Positions 11,892 to 24,700 of a stretch of 64,000 nt of DNA are shown here, piece by piece. The position numbers and the translations under genes are program-made. This DNA comes from Amoebophrya sp. A120 (lineage: Eukaryota; Protista; Dinoflagellata). Every line of letters begins with the position of its first letter. Positions within the stretch are counted from its first letter, which is position 1. The notes under the pieces were generated by a model. It did not search any database. It saw only the letters and a list, made by a program, of their open reading frames with translations, and had not been told where the DNA came from. The stretch is from NCBI GenBank assembly GCA_905178155.1, contig CAJINV010000004.1:8516882-8580881 (forward strand). The letters are read 5' to 3'.

Positions 11892-12787
11892 GTACCGCCT
11901 AAGCAATTTTCTTTAGAATTCATTTTCTAAGAGCCTCCTATAGATTATAAATTAAACGCACAGCTTGACTCATTTCTGAATAGTTATTATTATTGTAGGA
12001 CCGACACTTCTTCACATCGCGGACGAGAGGGAGAGGGAGGATCTTTAATACATTTCGATCTGTAACGCAATTTTCGTCGCGTCGGCAGTTCTCTTGACCT
12101 CAAACTTTGCAACCGACGAGTGAAGTTTTGGCACTGGATCAACTTCGCAAGATGTTATTGTTAATCTTCTGGTTCTTACAGAAAAATACCGACAGGGACA
12201 GAGTCGTTTCTTTTGATCTTTTGCAGCTTTGAGTTTCATTCATGATGACCGCACCACGACCCGGAGCAGTCTGATTTATACTGTATTGGAATTTTCATCT
12301 CTTCCAGATTTTAAGTATTTGCTCACAACGAAAATTGGAGACACGATTAGACTGTTGAGTCACCAACTTCCGGATAAACCAAGCATCACCTTTCGACCAT
12401 ATCATTTTGGTGTGTGTTTCTCCTTCTGTCTTCCAAAAAGAAAAACATTTTCTAGTCTCCAACGATGCACATTAAATCTTCTTCACAGCATCACAAAAAT
12501 GAGTTTCATTTCCAGTAGTTCTAGCTGCCCCCAGATTATTGCAATAGATGACATCTACTGCAATAGCGACCGTTGTATTGTCACATATTACAACTTTCTA
12601 GTTCTACCACACTTGCTTATAAGATTCGTGAAGATTTTGATTTTCCCATCCGTTTTCATCATTGCCGACGCTACTGTTTCACCTACAACCTGCCCTCGTC
12701 AAAGCCGGCGCAAGAGGAGGTGCAACTACACATCAAGCGGCGATTTTTAGGTCGTGACCTCGTGCATTATACGCTCGCAATCCCTCC

Positions 12788-15700
12788 TCACATCACAGGA
12801 GCTTCTTTCGATGGTTGTTGATACACTTCTGCAAACGCAAATTCTACGCGCTCTTTGGATTTCTCCCGCACGAGACGCTTCCAGTCGGTAAAGGACCGAT
12901 CTTTTGATGTTGCCGGAAGTGGTTTTTGTGTTGTGTTTGCTACGACGTGTTTCTCGTTCTCACTGGAAGCCGAAGCATCCTCGTCCCTACTTGCATCATG
13001 TACTGCTTGTTCTTCATGACCCGTAATTGTTGTACTGCTGTTCTGTAGTGTCGCAGTCGTAGAAGCTGTCTCGTCCCCCAATTTCTGCAACAATTCTTCT
13101 TTCAAAGCTAGCATGTACCTCACGTCACTCGCACTGTAAAGTAGTAGCAACGGGTGCAGTGGGCGACTTTCGAATCTTCTAAAGTTGCCGCCGAATTTTG
13201 GCTATGCATTCCAAAAGCATCGCGCTCTTACAAATTGCAGTCCTGCACGACAAATGTCTCCTCCAAGCACAAGCTGAATCAGCAATACAAATACAAATTT
13301 TTTTCTCGCCAAAATTTGTGAAGATGGAAATCATACGAGTACGATACTTTTCCAATGCGTATTGGCTCGAAGAGTTTTTTCGCTTCGGAGTCGAGCCACT
13401 GCAGAAAATCTATCAAATGCAAAAATGTCTGGGTCTGGAAGAGTCCACCGATCTTGTCATGCTAAATCTAAAGCATGCAAAAATCAGTGTTGCATGATTA
13501 CCATAAGTCGTCCAGTTTTGACCAAGTCGCGAGGGAGTTTCTGATGCAGGATAGGCATGAGACAGATCGCACAGAATCTGTCATGCTAGGTCCTGCATTC
13601 CAGACCTCATGGGTCATGGAAAAGCTGCATGACAAGTCGCGCATTCTTCCAGACCCAGACATTTTTGCAGTTCATAAACTCGGCCTCAGGACAAGTAGAA
13701 CTGCTGGCGGGTTTATTTTCGGTTGGTCTTGTTGACCGCCTTCTTTCCTCGTGCTGCTCCTTCTTGCTGGGAAATAGTAGACCATACTGCAAGCTGTCCT
13801 CTACTTCGGCCGCGGTCGCGGGCGTGTGGGCCGGAATTGGTGTAGGTACTGGAACAACTCCAGCCGCATTGTTGGCGGTAGCACCTGCGTCAAATGATTG
13901 ACAGCTACGGCTAGACGAGTACTAACAAAAGCTTTGATCATGAAGCTGGAGACATTCTACTTGTAGGTTTCTCGTACCTACCGCAGAAAAAACTTATAAT
14001 TTTTTGACACCTCCTTCGCCACGGCCGTTCTGCACCGAGCCGGGTTCTTGCGCGGAGCTCGTGACATTTGTTCTTTCGGGTGCGCTACTCGCATTTGAGG
14101 ACCAAGCAGGGGAACCTTTTGTGCAGTTTTTTTTTTCCTTTTTGCACGCAACACCAGGAATGTGGAAAAGGAAAGCTACTAGAGTAGAGAAGCACATATA
14201 ACAGACCGACGTAGATCGGCCACAACATGACAAAGGATTACTACAGAAAACACGTTGGTACGCATTAAACATCTAAAAACGCTGCGTACTATTGCAAATC
14301 GGTCGACAGAATGTAAACCTAAACCAGTACTGAAACCACTATACCGAGGGTTTTCCCGTCGATTCCCCGACCATATAATCGAGGTTCCTCGTCCGCTTGG
14401 CTGGAGGACAAAATCGAAGCGGGCGACGCGGCATCTGCTACTGCTGTTGCTGTGGTTGATCCACGTTGACAATCATACCCCTTGAATATGGTACCACAAC
14501 CAGTCGTGTTCTTGTCCTTCTCTGCGGCTTGTTGCGCGTCGCCGCCCTGCGAAGATGTAGTCCCGGCGGTCGTCGCCAACATGGCGGAAGTTTTTAACTC
14601 TGCTTCAGCAAATTCTGCGGACCAAGCTCCTGTCGGCAAAGACGAGCCTCCGTCACCTGCCCTCTGCGTCCGCTGCATAAGAACGGCGGCATTGTCGGTC
14701 TGCTCTTTGTTCTCGCCTCCCAGGCGCTGGCTATTTTCAACATCTCGGCGCTTCAGCACCGTCTCCCCCAAAACTTTCGCTAACCCCTTCAGCCACTTGA
14801 CTTCCAAGCCCCTCGCCCGTCGCGTGGCGATCTCCAGGATCTGCAGGTCCATATCAAGTGCAAATATGTCTGGGTCTGGAAGAGCGCATCTTTGTCGTGC
14901 TTGTCTGGCATGACTCTTCAATCTGTCATGCACGTTACCCAAGAGCCCCATTTTTCTGTCATGCATCGTATCGTATCGTTTCGTTTGTCATGCAGAAACG
15001 CAGTTTGTCATGCAGAATAGGCAACACCTTAGAAGCTCAGAAACTTGTCATGCTGAGCCAGCACTTGTGGCCTCCTCATGATACGCCGCCCAGCATCACA
15101 AGTTTCCCGACCCAGACATATTCGCAATGCATAATCCAACACGTTTGCCAATTTCACCCGGAACTGGTGGTAAATGGCGTCGCTGTCGTATCACACAGAA
15201 AAAAGCTGGCAGGGCATATTTGTAATGCAAAAATAAATACACAAAACCTGTATTGCATATCTGAAACAGCATGCTATGGGGCCACCCATGACAAAATTTT
15301 TATTTTGTGTGTATTTATTTTTGCATTACAAATATGCCCTGCCAGCTTTTTTCTCTGGGATATGTCGTTACGGCAGTCGAAGAAAATCTTCTCGATTCTT
15401 TCGCACTCGAAAAGCCTCTTCAGCGTCCATGCTGGCTGCGAGGAGTGGCCGGTTTCTTGTTGTGGACGAGAAGTGGAACTACGGCAGGTAGTACTTCTAT
15501 GCGTTGATTTTATTGTTTCCATGAAGTTGATATAAAAATCGCAGACCTCGTGGTCCTTGCTAGTACCGTGGGTAGTTGCGTTAAGAGGTCCTGTCTGTCC
15601 GTCCACCTCCGCCTCCGGTTTATTTCCAGCCGGTGGAAGAGGAAAATTCACGTTGTTCCTACCCTCTGAAAGGACCTCCGCGCCGCTGGTGGGGGGTGAA

Positions 15701-18700
15701 GATGATGATGATGCTGCTGCTTCATTTGCTGCAGAAGTATAAACAGTTCGTGGAGATGAGGAGAGTACGACTGCCGGGTTCTTTGACGTCGTGCGACACA
15801 TCAACGCCGGGACAGCAGATGGTTCACTTCTAAGTGGACGAGCCTCTTCTTGTTGATGTGCAGAAGGAGCAGCCTCAGAAGAAGGAGCGGGAGCTGCTCC
15901 TGCGACGGATGATCCTCTGTGCTGACATGATGATGCTGAACATGATCTTGATCGACTGTTTACTAAGTCCGCGAGCGTACTGACGTCAAAGACGAATACC
16001 GTATCAGGCTTCGTATTCAGCAAAATTTGCAAGAGGCAAATCTTTCCCCACCGGTTCAGCCGAACTCCCTCCAGGTCGACGCAGATCGTGGTGAGAAGAT
16101 CACGGGGGTTGTTCTCGTCGTCCTCAGCTCCTACTTCTGTGTTGCTAAGTTCGGCAGGACCACCAGATCTAGGTGGGGGATTACGACGTGTATTTTTCCT
16201 TGTTTGTTCTTGCAACCGAACCCGCTGCTCGTGTTCGTCCCTGCGCTCCATTTCCTGCGCGACTAGGTTCAGGAAGTCCACTAATTGCGCAATCGTATGG
16301 ATAAAGACGATCTCGAAGCTTTTCAAATTCTCTTTCTCATCTTTCGTCTTTTCACGATCTTTATTTGTCCGCAGTATCTCTTCTTCGTCTTCGCAGATGG
16401 AAGATTTGCTTGAAGTCCTCTGCGCTATCGCTTTTGTCACGCGGCCGCTCATAATAGGCTGCAACAGTAGCAGGCAGGCCTTCGGGTTCGTTTCTGCACT
16501 GGGAGAAGTTCTATTTCCAGTTCCGTTCCACCATCGGGACGACGCAGACGCGTCCCAATTGTAGTTTCGCTGGTTGTAATCTTGTTTATGTGGCCAATCA
16601 TTATTGGTAGCGATGTCGTGGTTTTGGTCATGATGATCCCTGTAGTTATTTTCAGACCACCAGGAGGACGAGGACCAGGCGCCCTGCTGGTGTTTTTCTA
16701 CTTCTTGTCCCGTGGCCAGTTCATTCTTGTTCTGATAAGATGGCCAGTTCAACATCTTCTTGTTGTGAATGTAATTCCAGGCCTTCTTCCAATCGCACTG
16801 CTGCTGCTGCTGGGGCGCTAGAATTGCCTGTTGACCACTGCGATGATCCCACATGACCCTGCCACGTGAAACAAAATCAGAACCGTGGAAGAATCTTTTC
16901 GCCGGAGACAGCACACCGTACCCGTAGTCGCGATGATTGTAATTCCTCGTGCTCCCATGGTAATTCTTATCCCCAAGACGATGGAAAATAGTTGTACTGT
17001 CAAGCGCACTGTAGTCGATTCGAACCGTGGCTATCGGCCCTAGCAGGTCGTCCCAGCAACAAATCGCGGTGGCTGAAGAACTAACGTTGTTTATTACGCA
17101 AGAACCCCCAGACCCGCCCTCGGCCCCCGAGCAGAGGGAAAGCAGGTTACCCACGATCACTTCCGCGGCGGCCTGCAGTTGGAAAACCAGAGCGGAAATC
17201 GCATCCACTGTCATATTCCTCTCTGCCTCATCCAAATCCCGAATCACGCTATCAGCCTGGTTCGCCATCCTGCCCCACTGGCACCACTGCCGCTGCCGCT
17301 GCAGCGCGTTTGTCGTTTCCGACGGAAATGCTTTTCGCAGTTTTTGAGTCAGCTCTTTCCGCATCGCGCGAACGGTGGTCTGTGCTGGGAAAAGGTCGGC
17401 GGGCGAGGGCAGTTTTTGGATGTGGTTGTTGTGCTGGTCCAGGGTGGCGGGAGGCCCTACCTTGTCTTCTGTCCTCTTGTTTAGTACGGTAGGCCCCAGC
17501 ACGACCGCAGATGAGGAGGATGATGGAACGGTGCAGATTGACGAGTTTTTGCATTGACTGCCCACGACCTGAGTCCTCGCCGCGGACTCCTCGGCGTGGA
17601 AGACAAAACTGAGCAGTCTGTCAAGGTGAGAATCGAGTTTATTGTGTATCAGCTGCTCCTTTTCTGGTTCTTCGTAGAAACTTGTGCCCAAAAAAGCGGT
17701 ACGACCGCGAAAATCGCCTTCTGCTGTTCGACATTCATCTCGTCCACAGTGAGTTGTCATATTTTTTCCACCTTCGCCGCTGTCCCCGCTCCTGGTACAC
17801 AGCGCTTGCAGTAAACGGTTTCGACAGAATTGTGTCCAACTCTCCACGGGCTGATGCTGCAGATGTTGAAGACCTTTCCCGGGCGACGTATAAGACAGTG
17901 CAGGAGGACGAAGATCATCATCTGCTGCTCCTGGGGCCGCGGACCAGCACGACGACGGAGCCAATGTCCTCAAACTGGACGTCGACTTAGAAGTACAGAA
18001 CTGCCCCACCATCTGCGCATCAACCCTTTTTGCCAGAAACGCGAGCCACTTTGCGATCTGGAACCACTGTCGGAAGCTTTCCTCCTGCTTCTCGAGGATT
18101 TCCATCCTCTTGGCCTCGCTTTTGTCGGAACAATTGTCGGATGATTTTTCGTCATACAGGTTTCTGGCTTTATCAACATCCTCAGAGAGAAAGTCGACGT
18201 CGGCGATGAATGCAGAATAGAAGTCTGGTGCTTCGTTATTCTCAGTACCCTGTTGCCGTTCCGCTTCCCCACCACGTGAGCATAAAAACGCGATGTGCCG
18301 GACAGTCTCCAGCAGGCTGGTAGGGCGCTGCAAATCTAGCTGAGCATCATGTTTTTTGTACTTTTTCTCCCTCTTCATCTTGTTCAGCGGTTGAAAATAA
18401 ATTTCGTCCGCCATCTGGCGGAAATGTTCGACAAAATTAGCAGGACTGTACGTTGTATTCGGACTTGAATCCACATCCTCGCAATGATCACTGCCTTCGT
18501 AATCATGTTGATGCGCGGCCGCCCGTTCGTGTTCTCGATGCGCCAGCCGGACGTGCTTCTCGAAGGTCGCTTGGTACTGCGCCTTTCGATTCGCCCGCTC
18601 CTGTAGTTCCCCAGCCTGCTTTTCGGCGAGCGCCTTCCGCTCCGCCCGTTGCCGCTTCAACTCCAGTCGCCTTTGCTTATTTTCTTCCTCCTGTTCTTTT

Positions 18701-21700
18701 ATCTGGCAGCTTTTCGTCCTCTGTTGAGTTGGCGGTGGTGGTGCCGGTCCTCGGCTACCTTGCGTTTGGTTTATTTGGAGAGCCGGGCGTGCAAAAAGTC
18801 TATTCGCCGGTGCTCCGAAGCTACCGGCCGCTCTAGCAGCATTTCCCTCCATTTTTTTGTTGAAGTTACTGTTCCTGTGATCGTCCCCGCCACCTGCCCC
18901 GCCGACGGCACCAGCATCAGGAAAAAAGCGATCGTAGCTTGTTTCGCCCACTAGCTTATTTTTTCCGTGCGCCAGCTCAATGTGCCTTAAAGAAGCTTGG
19001 AAGTCCTCGTGGTGTTGTTTTTTTCTGTCTTCAGATTTAACATTGGTTCTTTTCAACTCCTCTTCACGCACTTCCTGTTTCCTTCGCTGCGCTTCCTCGA
19101 AAGTGGGTGCGGGAAGATGAGCAGCTCGTTGCGTACTTGTTGTTTCATCTCGCGGTGGTTCCCCTTGTTTCGATGTGCAGCTCGGAGCAGCTGCTGCCAG
19201 AGTTCTTGTTTCGATTGTCTTTTTCTGAAGATCCGGATCTGGTGCTGTGGGCTCTTCTTCATTTTTTACCCGTAGTATCGCCGGATGAGAACCCAATATC
19301 TCGTGGTTTTTGTTCCGCGAAGCGTCCTCTGCGCTGTCCTGTCGGAGGAGTTGGTGCTTCGACGATGCAGAAGTCTCAGCGAGAGCGGCATCGTCTGGCT
19401 CTGGGGCTCCAACGACGTGATTTGCTTTTGCTAGTTCTAGAAGCGCACTTGTTTTATTTTCCTGTTCGGCGCGAGAAGTACGAGTTGCTTCTGGTGCTAC
19501 ACCAGCAACAGTCGGTGGCCTACTACACGGCCAGTTTTTGTGCCTGGCCCGGGCAGAGGACGTGTCCGATACATTTTTGTGATCTCCATCTCGTCTCTCG
19601 GAGGGGCCGGAAGACCGTGAAGATGAAGCCTCATCAGCATCAAACCCCTTGCTGTTTGCATATCTTGTTCTGCTTAGGGGTACACTTATGGGGGTCTCCT
19701 CTGCTAAAAATACCGCTGCCCGGTCGAGACCGCGAGTCCACTTTTCTTCTTCCGTCGAAAAGGAGGTGTCAGAATCGAATAATAGCGGTTTTATTTTGCG
19801 TCCACCTTCGTGGTTCTTCTCGTGGTCGTCCTCGGTGTTTATTTTGCTTTTGTTCATCCGGGGCTTGATTGTGGCATTACCTTTGTTTTTGGCTCGTTTC
19901 ATCCCGAAACAAGGAGTTCCTGCACCGTCGGACATAATTCTACTACTCGGCTGCAAGAACGGACACTTTTTAGCAGGAGAGCGAGGACGATCAGATCTGC
20001 TGGTACTCTCGCTTTCCTCATCCGGATCACTTTCAGGAGACAGCGAGACATCGCTCGTTTCTTCCCCGTAACAACGAAAGTTTGGTATTTCCTCTCCCCC
20101 GCTTTCACTTCCCGAGCTGGGAGACTGCAAGGTTCGCTTGTTCAATCCCGTCTTTAGGTTTTTCGCCGCACGCACGGAGCTGCCGGGGGTGGAAGAGCAG
20201 GTAAAGCCGAACAAGTTCTTACCGTGCGCCCTCTTATTTCCACCCTCGCGCAGGTTGTTTTCCAGGACGAAGCACGACAGGTTGCGCTCCAGCAGGGGAT
20301 GCGCAGGGCTGGTTTTTCTTATTCTTTGTCCCCTTTCTGTCTCCGTGCTTTCGTCATTATGGTTTAATATTCCGGCGTCAAGAAGTGTTTTATTTTCCTT
20401 GAAATTGTCAAAGCCCGACATTATTTTTGCTTTTCCTTTTGCAGCAACTCTACTATATTTCCCGGGATTTTTCACGCCGGAGTTGCTCAGCTTCTCTTGT
20501 TTCTGCGCAGCTTTGAAAGTGCTCGAGCTCGTTCCCGGACCTGCATAATTGGGCAAATATTTTCTCGGGTTGTCGTCGTCTTCGTGACCAGCACCAGCCT
20601 GTTTTCGCATCTTCTGTTGCTCTCTTGCAAGAACTTTTTCATCTACTGCTTGGCGCTGTTCTTTGTTCGATTTCTTTCTCGTCCGCCGGTAGTTCCAATC
20701 CTTAAACTCTCTGTGCAGCTTCTCCCGCAACTGGTCGATCAGCACGAGCCGTTGCTGTTCGTGTTCCTCCTCTCTTTGTTGTTGTTTCTGGGCGGCGTTC
20801 TTATTTAATGTCGTGGTGGAATTCCCTATCTGCTTTTGTTCAGCCTGCAACCCGACGTGGTCCCCAGGGCCGTACCGCACCGACTTCCGGCGTTCGAGTT
20901 CACACAGGTTTGTAGGGCTGGTGGGTTTTCCCGTCGCGGGCGAGGGAGCCTCGTGTACTTTCTGCTTCTCGTAGGTAGTTTTCATCTCACCAGCACCTGT
21001 ACTAGTTTTCTCCCCCACCAGTGACCGCAACGCCGCCTCTCGCAGCCGCTCCCCCGCAGCGATGGCAGCGTTGTCGCGAGGTTGCGTCCATAAGGTCGAA
21101 GAGGAAGAAGACACAACTGCAGGGCGGGTAGCTCCACGTTGACCATATTCATTTTGAACGAGAACGGCCGCCGTGTCCTGGTAGACGAAATCCGGAGATG
21201 ATGTTGTTCTGGCGACCTCCGCGTTGTAGTTGCAAGAACTAGTATACTCGTCCTGATTCAAGAACCCCTTCTCGGGGATTGGTGAGAGGGGAGGCTGCAG
21301 TCGCAGGATTTCGTCTTGTTGCATCAAAGATTCATCATGGTCCTGGTGAGTAGAAAATACCATCTCATCATCTCCATCTGGTCGTCCTCGAGTGTCTTCA
21401 ACACCGGCGAAACCCTCGCGGCCGAAGCCACGTAAGGCAAGTCTGCTCGTCGGCCGTGCACCACGGCCTGCAGCGTCGTTCTGTGCATCGAACTGTGCCA
21501 AGGCGGCGGCTGTGAGCGGTTGCTGGTGATAACTCGCAGCTTCCACGGAGCTACAACCTGTGCTGGTGTTTTGAAAAACTGTAGTTGCAGCATCGTCGTG
21601 CTCGCTTTTCAACATCTTGCCCGGTGCTTCTTGTACCAGTTCGTGCTTTACAACTACGCGCTTTCTCCTCGGTCCCAAGGAGCTGTAGCTTTCTGGCTCG

Positions 21701-24700
21701 CTCGTGTCATCTGGCTCGTCGCTCACTCCCGCAGGGTCGGGTTGCGCAGCTGCAGGTCTAGTACTTTGCAGCTCGAGATGTTGAGCAGATGAACTCTGCC
21801 TATTTCTGTTCCGCTTCGCCTTTTTCCTAGCCTCCTCACGGTCCTCGATTTCCTTTCGCACAACCGTATACGTTGCAAACATGTCTGGGTCTGGAAACTT
21901 GTGATGCTGAAGTGTGAATGATGGAAACAGTCCCGAATTAGCAATCCAGCATGACAACTTTCCAGCACGCTTTCTCATAGGCAATCCGCATGGGAAACTG
22001 CGTTTCATCTGTATGTACAAAAGAGGCTGCGCCTTGTGTTGGTTATGCAATACAGACTTTCTAGGTATGGAAAGCAAGCATCACAAGTTGCATCCTTCCA
22101 GACCCATACATATTTGCAATGCATAAACCGCCTGCTCTTCGTATTCCTCCCAGAGCTTGAGCCAACGTCGTTCAAAATCGGAGAACCCAAACCGCTTCAA
22201 AGTGTTTTCGACGATTGCATAATTCGAGTTTTTAATCTTCTCTGGCTCTTTGTCAACATTATCATTCTGGAGAAGAACTTCTTCTTCTCGTGCCGCAACT
22301 TCTGCACTCGTCAGCCCCCGGTGCTTGTACTTGTCTAGCATTTGCTGGCCGACCGGCTCGGGAATTTTTTCGCGCCGAAAGCACGAAAAGTACTTCCTCC
22401 TCCGGTGCGCAGCGCTAGCTGGAAAGTTGTAGAAAAAAGGCGGAATGAGAATGTCTTTTCTAGACCTACTTCGAGCAGGATTTTCGACGTTGCTTGCCTC
22501 CGTTTGGTAATTTTCAGTCAGCAAAAACGTGATCTCCTGCACCCTTGGTCCGCATTCGGCCAGGGGACAGTCGATTGGCCCGCGCTTTGTGTACTGCTTG
22601 TGGGATAGGAGGTAAACCGGGATAAACAGCTCCGACATGCGTTGGGAGAGCCTCGCACCTATCCTGTGTAAAAAAATCCCAGTTCCACTTCTGAATGAAA
22701 ATAGGCAAGCAAAAAACTTTTCTCATGCGCAGAGGTCCCTCCGCCATGAGGACGAGGAGTAATTTTGAATTCTATCTGGAAGCTGGTTGTGCTCAACCTA
22801 GAATCAGGATAAGCGACGAGTCGATTTGTTTTTATGTTGTGGCACTACTACTTCTAGCTAAAAACGCGTACTACACTGCGAGCCCAAACTTGTCATGCGA
22901 AGCGACCAAATAAAGTTGTTGATTTGTGTTGCGAAAAAGTTCATTCCATCTTGAAAACTCAGGGTTCGTGGGCCTCGTTTTTACACAGAAATAGCGTCGC
23001 GCAGTTCTTCCTCCAGAAGCAGGTCTTCTTCGTCTTGAAAAGTAGAACTGGTTTGAAGCTGCACCAAACGAGCAGCAGTCCTCGGGTGCCAATTATTGAC
23101 CTCCAGATCGAGTAACGCGTTCGCCCTGTCCAAAATCTTCAACTCAGCCTCGCGGATCTCCGACTTGGTGAGGCGCAAAACAGAGCCGATTTTCGCCGCT
23201 TCTTGTTGTTCCGAATCATCTTCGACAAAGTGCTCCCGCACAACCCGCTCCCGCTTCGCCCGCAACTCCTCGCTAGCCGTCGGCTCCAAAACGCCCAGCT
23301 GGGCGATGACGTTTAAGATTTTCACCGTCCTCCGCCGGGACGAATGGTTTATTTCGGTTTGTTCCTCGTCTGGGGCGTTGTCGGGGGCTGCTTGTTCTGC
23401 AGTTGAGGTGTATTTCTCCGGACAGGCCGGGCCGATTGCGGCTTCGCGTGTGTCGAAACATAATTGTGCTGATTTGTATAATTCCAATTCGGTTGTAGCA
23501 GAATTCTGACCCACGACACCCGCAGGTCGGAGACCATCTAGAAGAACTCCTGTCGACGGCTCCTGGGCGCAGCTGGCATCCGGCTCAACATCTTTGCAAG
23601 GCACAGGGGCCAACATTCTCTTCCCCACAGAACAACTGTTTTCTTCTTCCGTAATTGTAATTTGCAGCAGCTCCGCTGCATCACACGCAACCGGAATGGG
23701 GTTGAGTGTCATCAGCCGGCGTTGCCGCTTGCCAGCTTCCAACTCGTCGACACAAGAGACGTATAACAGCGCACAACTCCCTCTCCCTCTCATTTGTGAT
23801 GCAAAATCCCCAATCCATTTGCTGCCTTGTGGCGCTGTTTGCATGTCGAATCTTCCGGGAAGGCCAAACAGAAGTACTTACACTCGGCCCGTGAATTTGT
23901 CATGCACAGCCTTCACGTGTGTTGGTATTTGTATTGCTGCTCATGCCATGCAAATGAGGGGGAAGTGGAATTGTGCACTCGCATAAGACGTTCATCAAAT
24001 TCACGCCGATGTGTTCCCGTTCGTCAAATGCGGGGTGCCATATCCTTTGCAAAAGTATCGCACTCGTAGTAATTGCAAATATGCATTACAAATCCTTCTC
24101 CTAAGGTAAAACAGCATTACAAATTTCATTTTTCATGCAGCTGAGGGAATTTGCCATGCGATTTCTACTAGTACGATACTTTTGCAGCTCATATACCACA
24201 GGGTGCCTTGAAACGGCTCGTGAAAGGTTTCGAAGGCGATTTCGTGCGCGTCCAAGCAAATCTTGTCCACCTGCAGCTCGTCCCAGGGAACGAACTTGCT
24301 TTTCTCCGCCGCGGCTCGTTCGTACGCGGCGTATTTCCCGCGAAACGGGCCCTGAAACGGAAAGTGCCAGATAGTATTGCGGGCAAGGAACTCTGGTCTG
24401 GACTTTATCGAATTTTCCACGTGGAGCGCTGCGTCGTCACTTCTTTTTTCCGTCGACGTCGTCGCGGTCGGTGTTGCATGTTGCAAAACCTTTCCCGCAG
24501 AAAAAGCTTTAGTATGCTCGGAGCCAGAGCTCGATTCGTTTTTGATCGACGCAGGAAGAAAAGCCGGCACAACTGTTTCCGCTGCAATATCTTTACGAGC
24601 ATCCTGCAGCCCGTTTGGTGCCACAGTTGTCGTCGTCCTGGGGCGGGCAGGAGCTACAGCCTTGCTCAGGCCAACATCCACGGCGGCCGTAGAGGACTTT

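Noticed and set aside
15274-22077. 2267-aa ORF as a complete stand-alone gene
   Set aside because: Both ends lie inside introners (21867-22125 and 15189-15362), so it is one large internal exon
22150-22170. Dinoflagellate spliced-leader relic (CTTGAGCCAA)
   Set aside because: Only a 10-nt match, inside a coding exon; no full SL sequence seen
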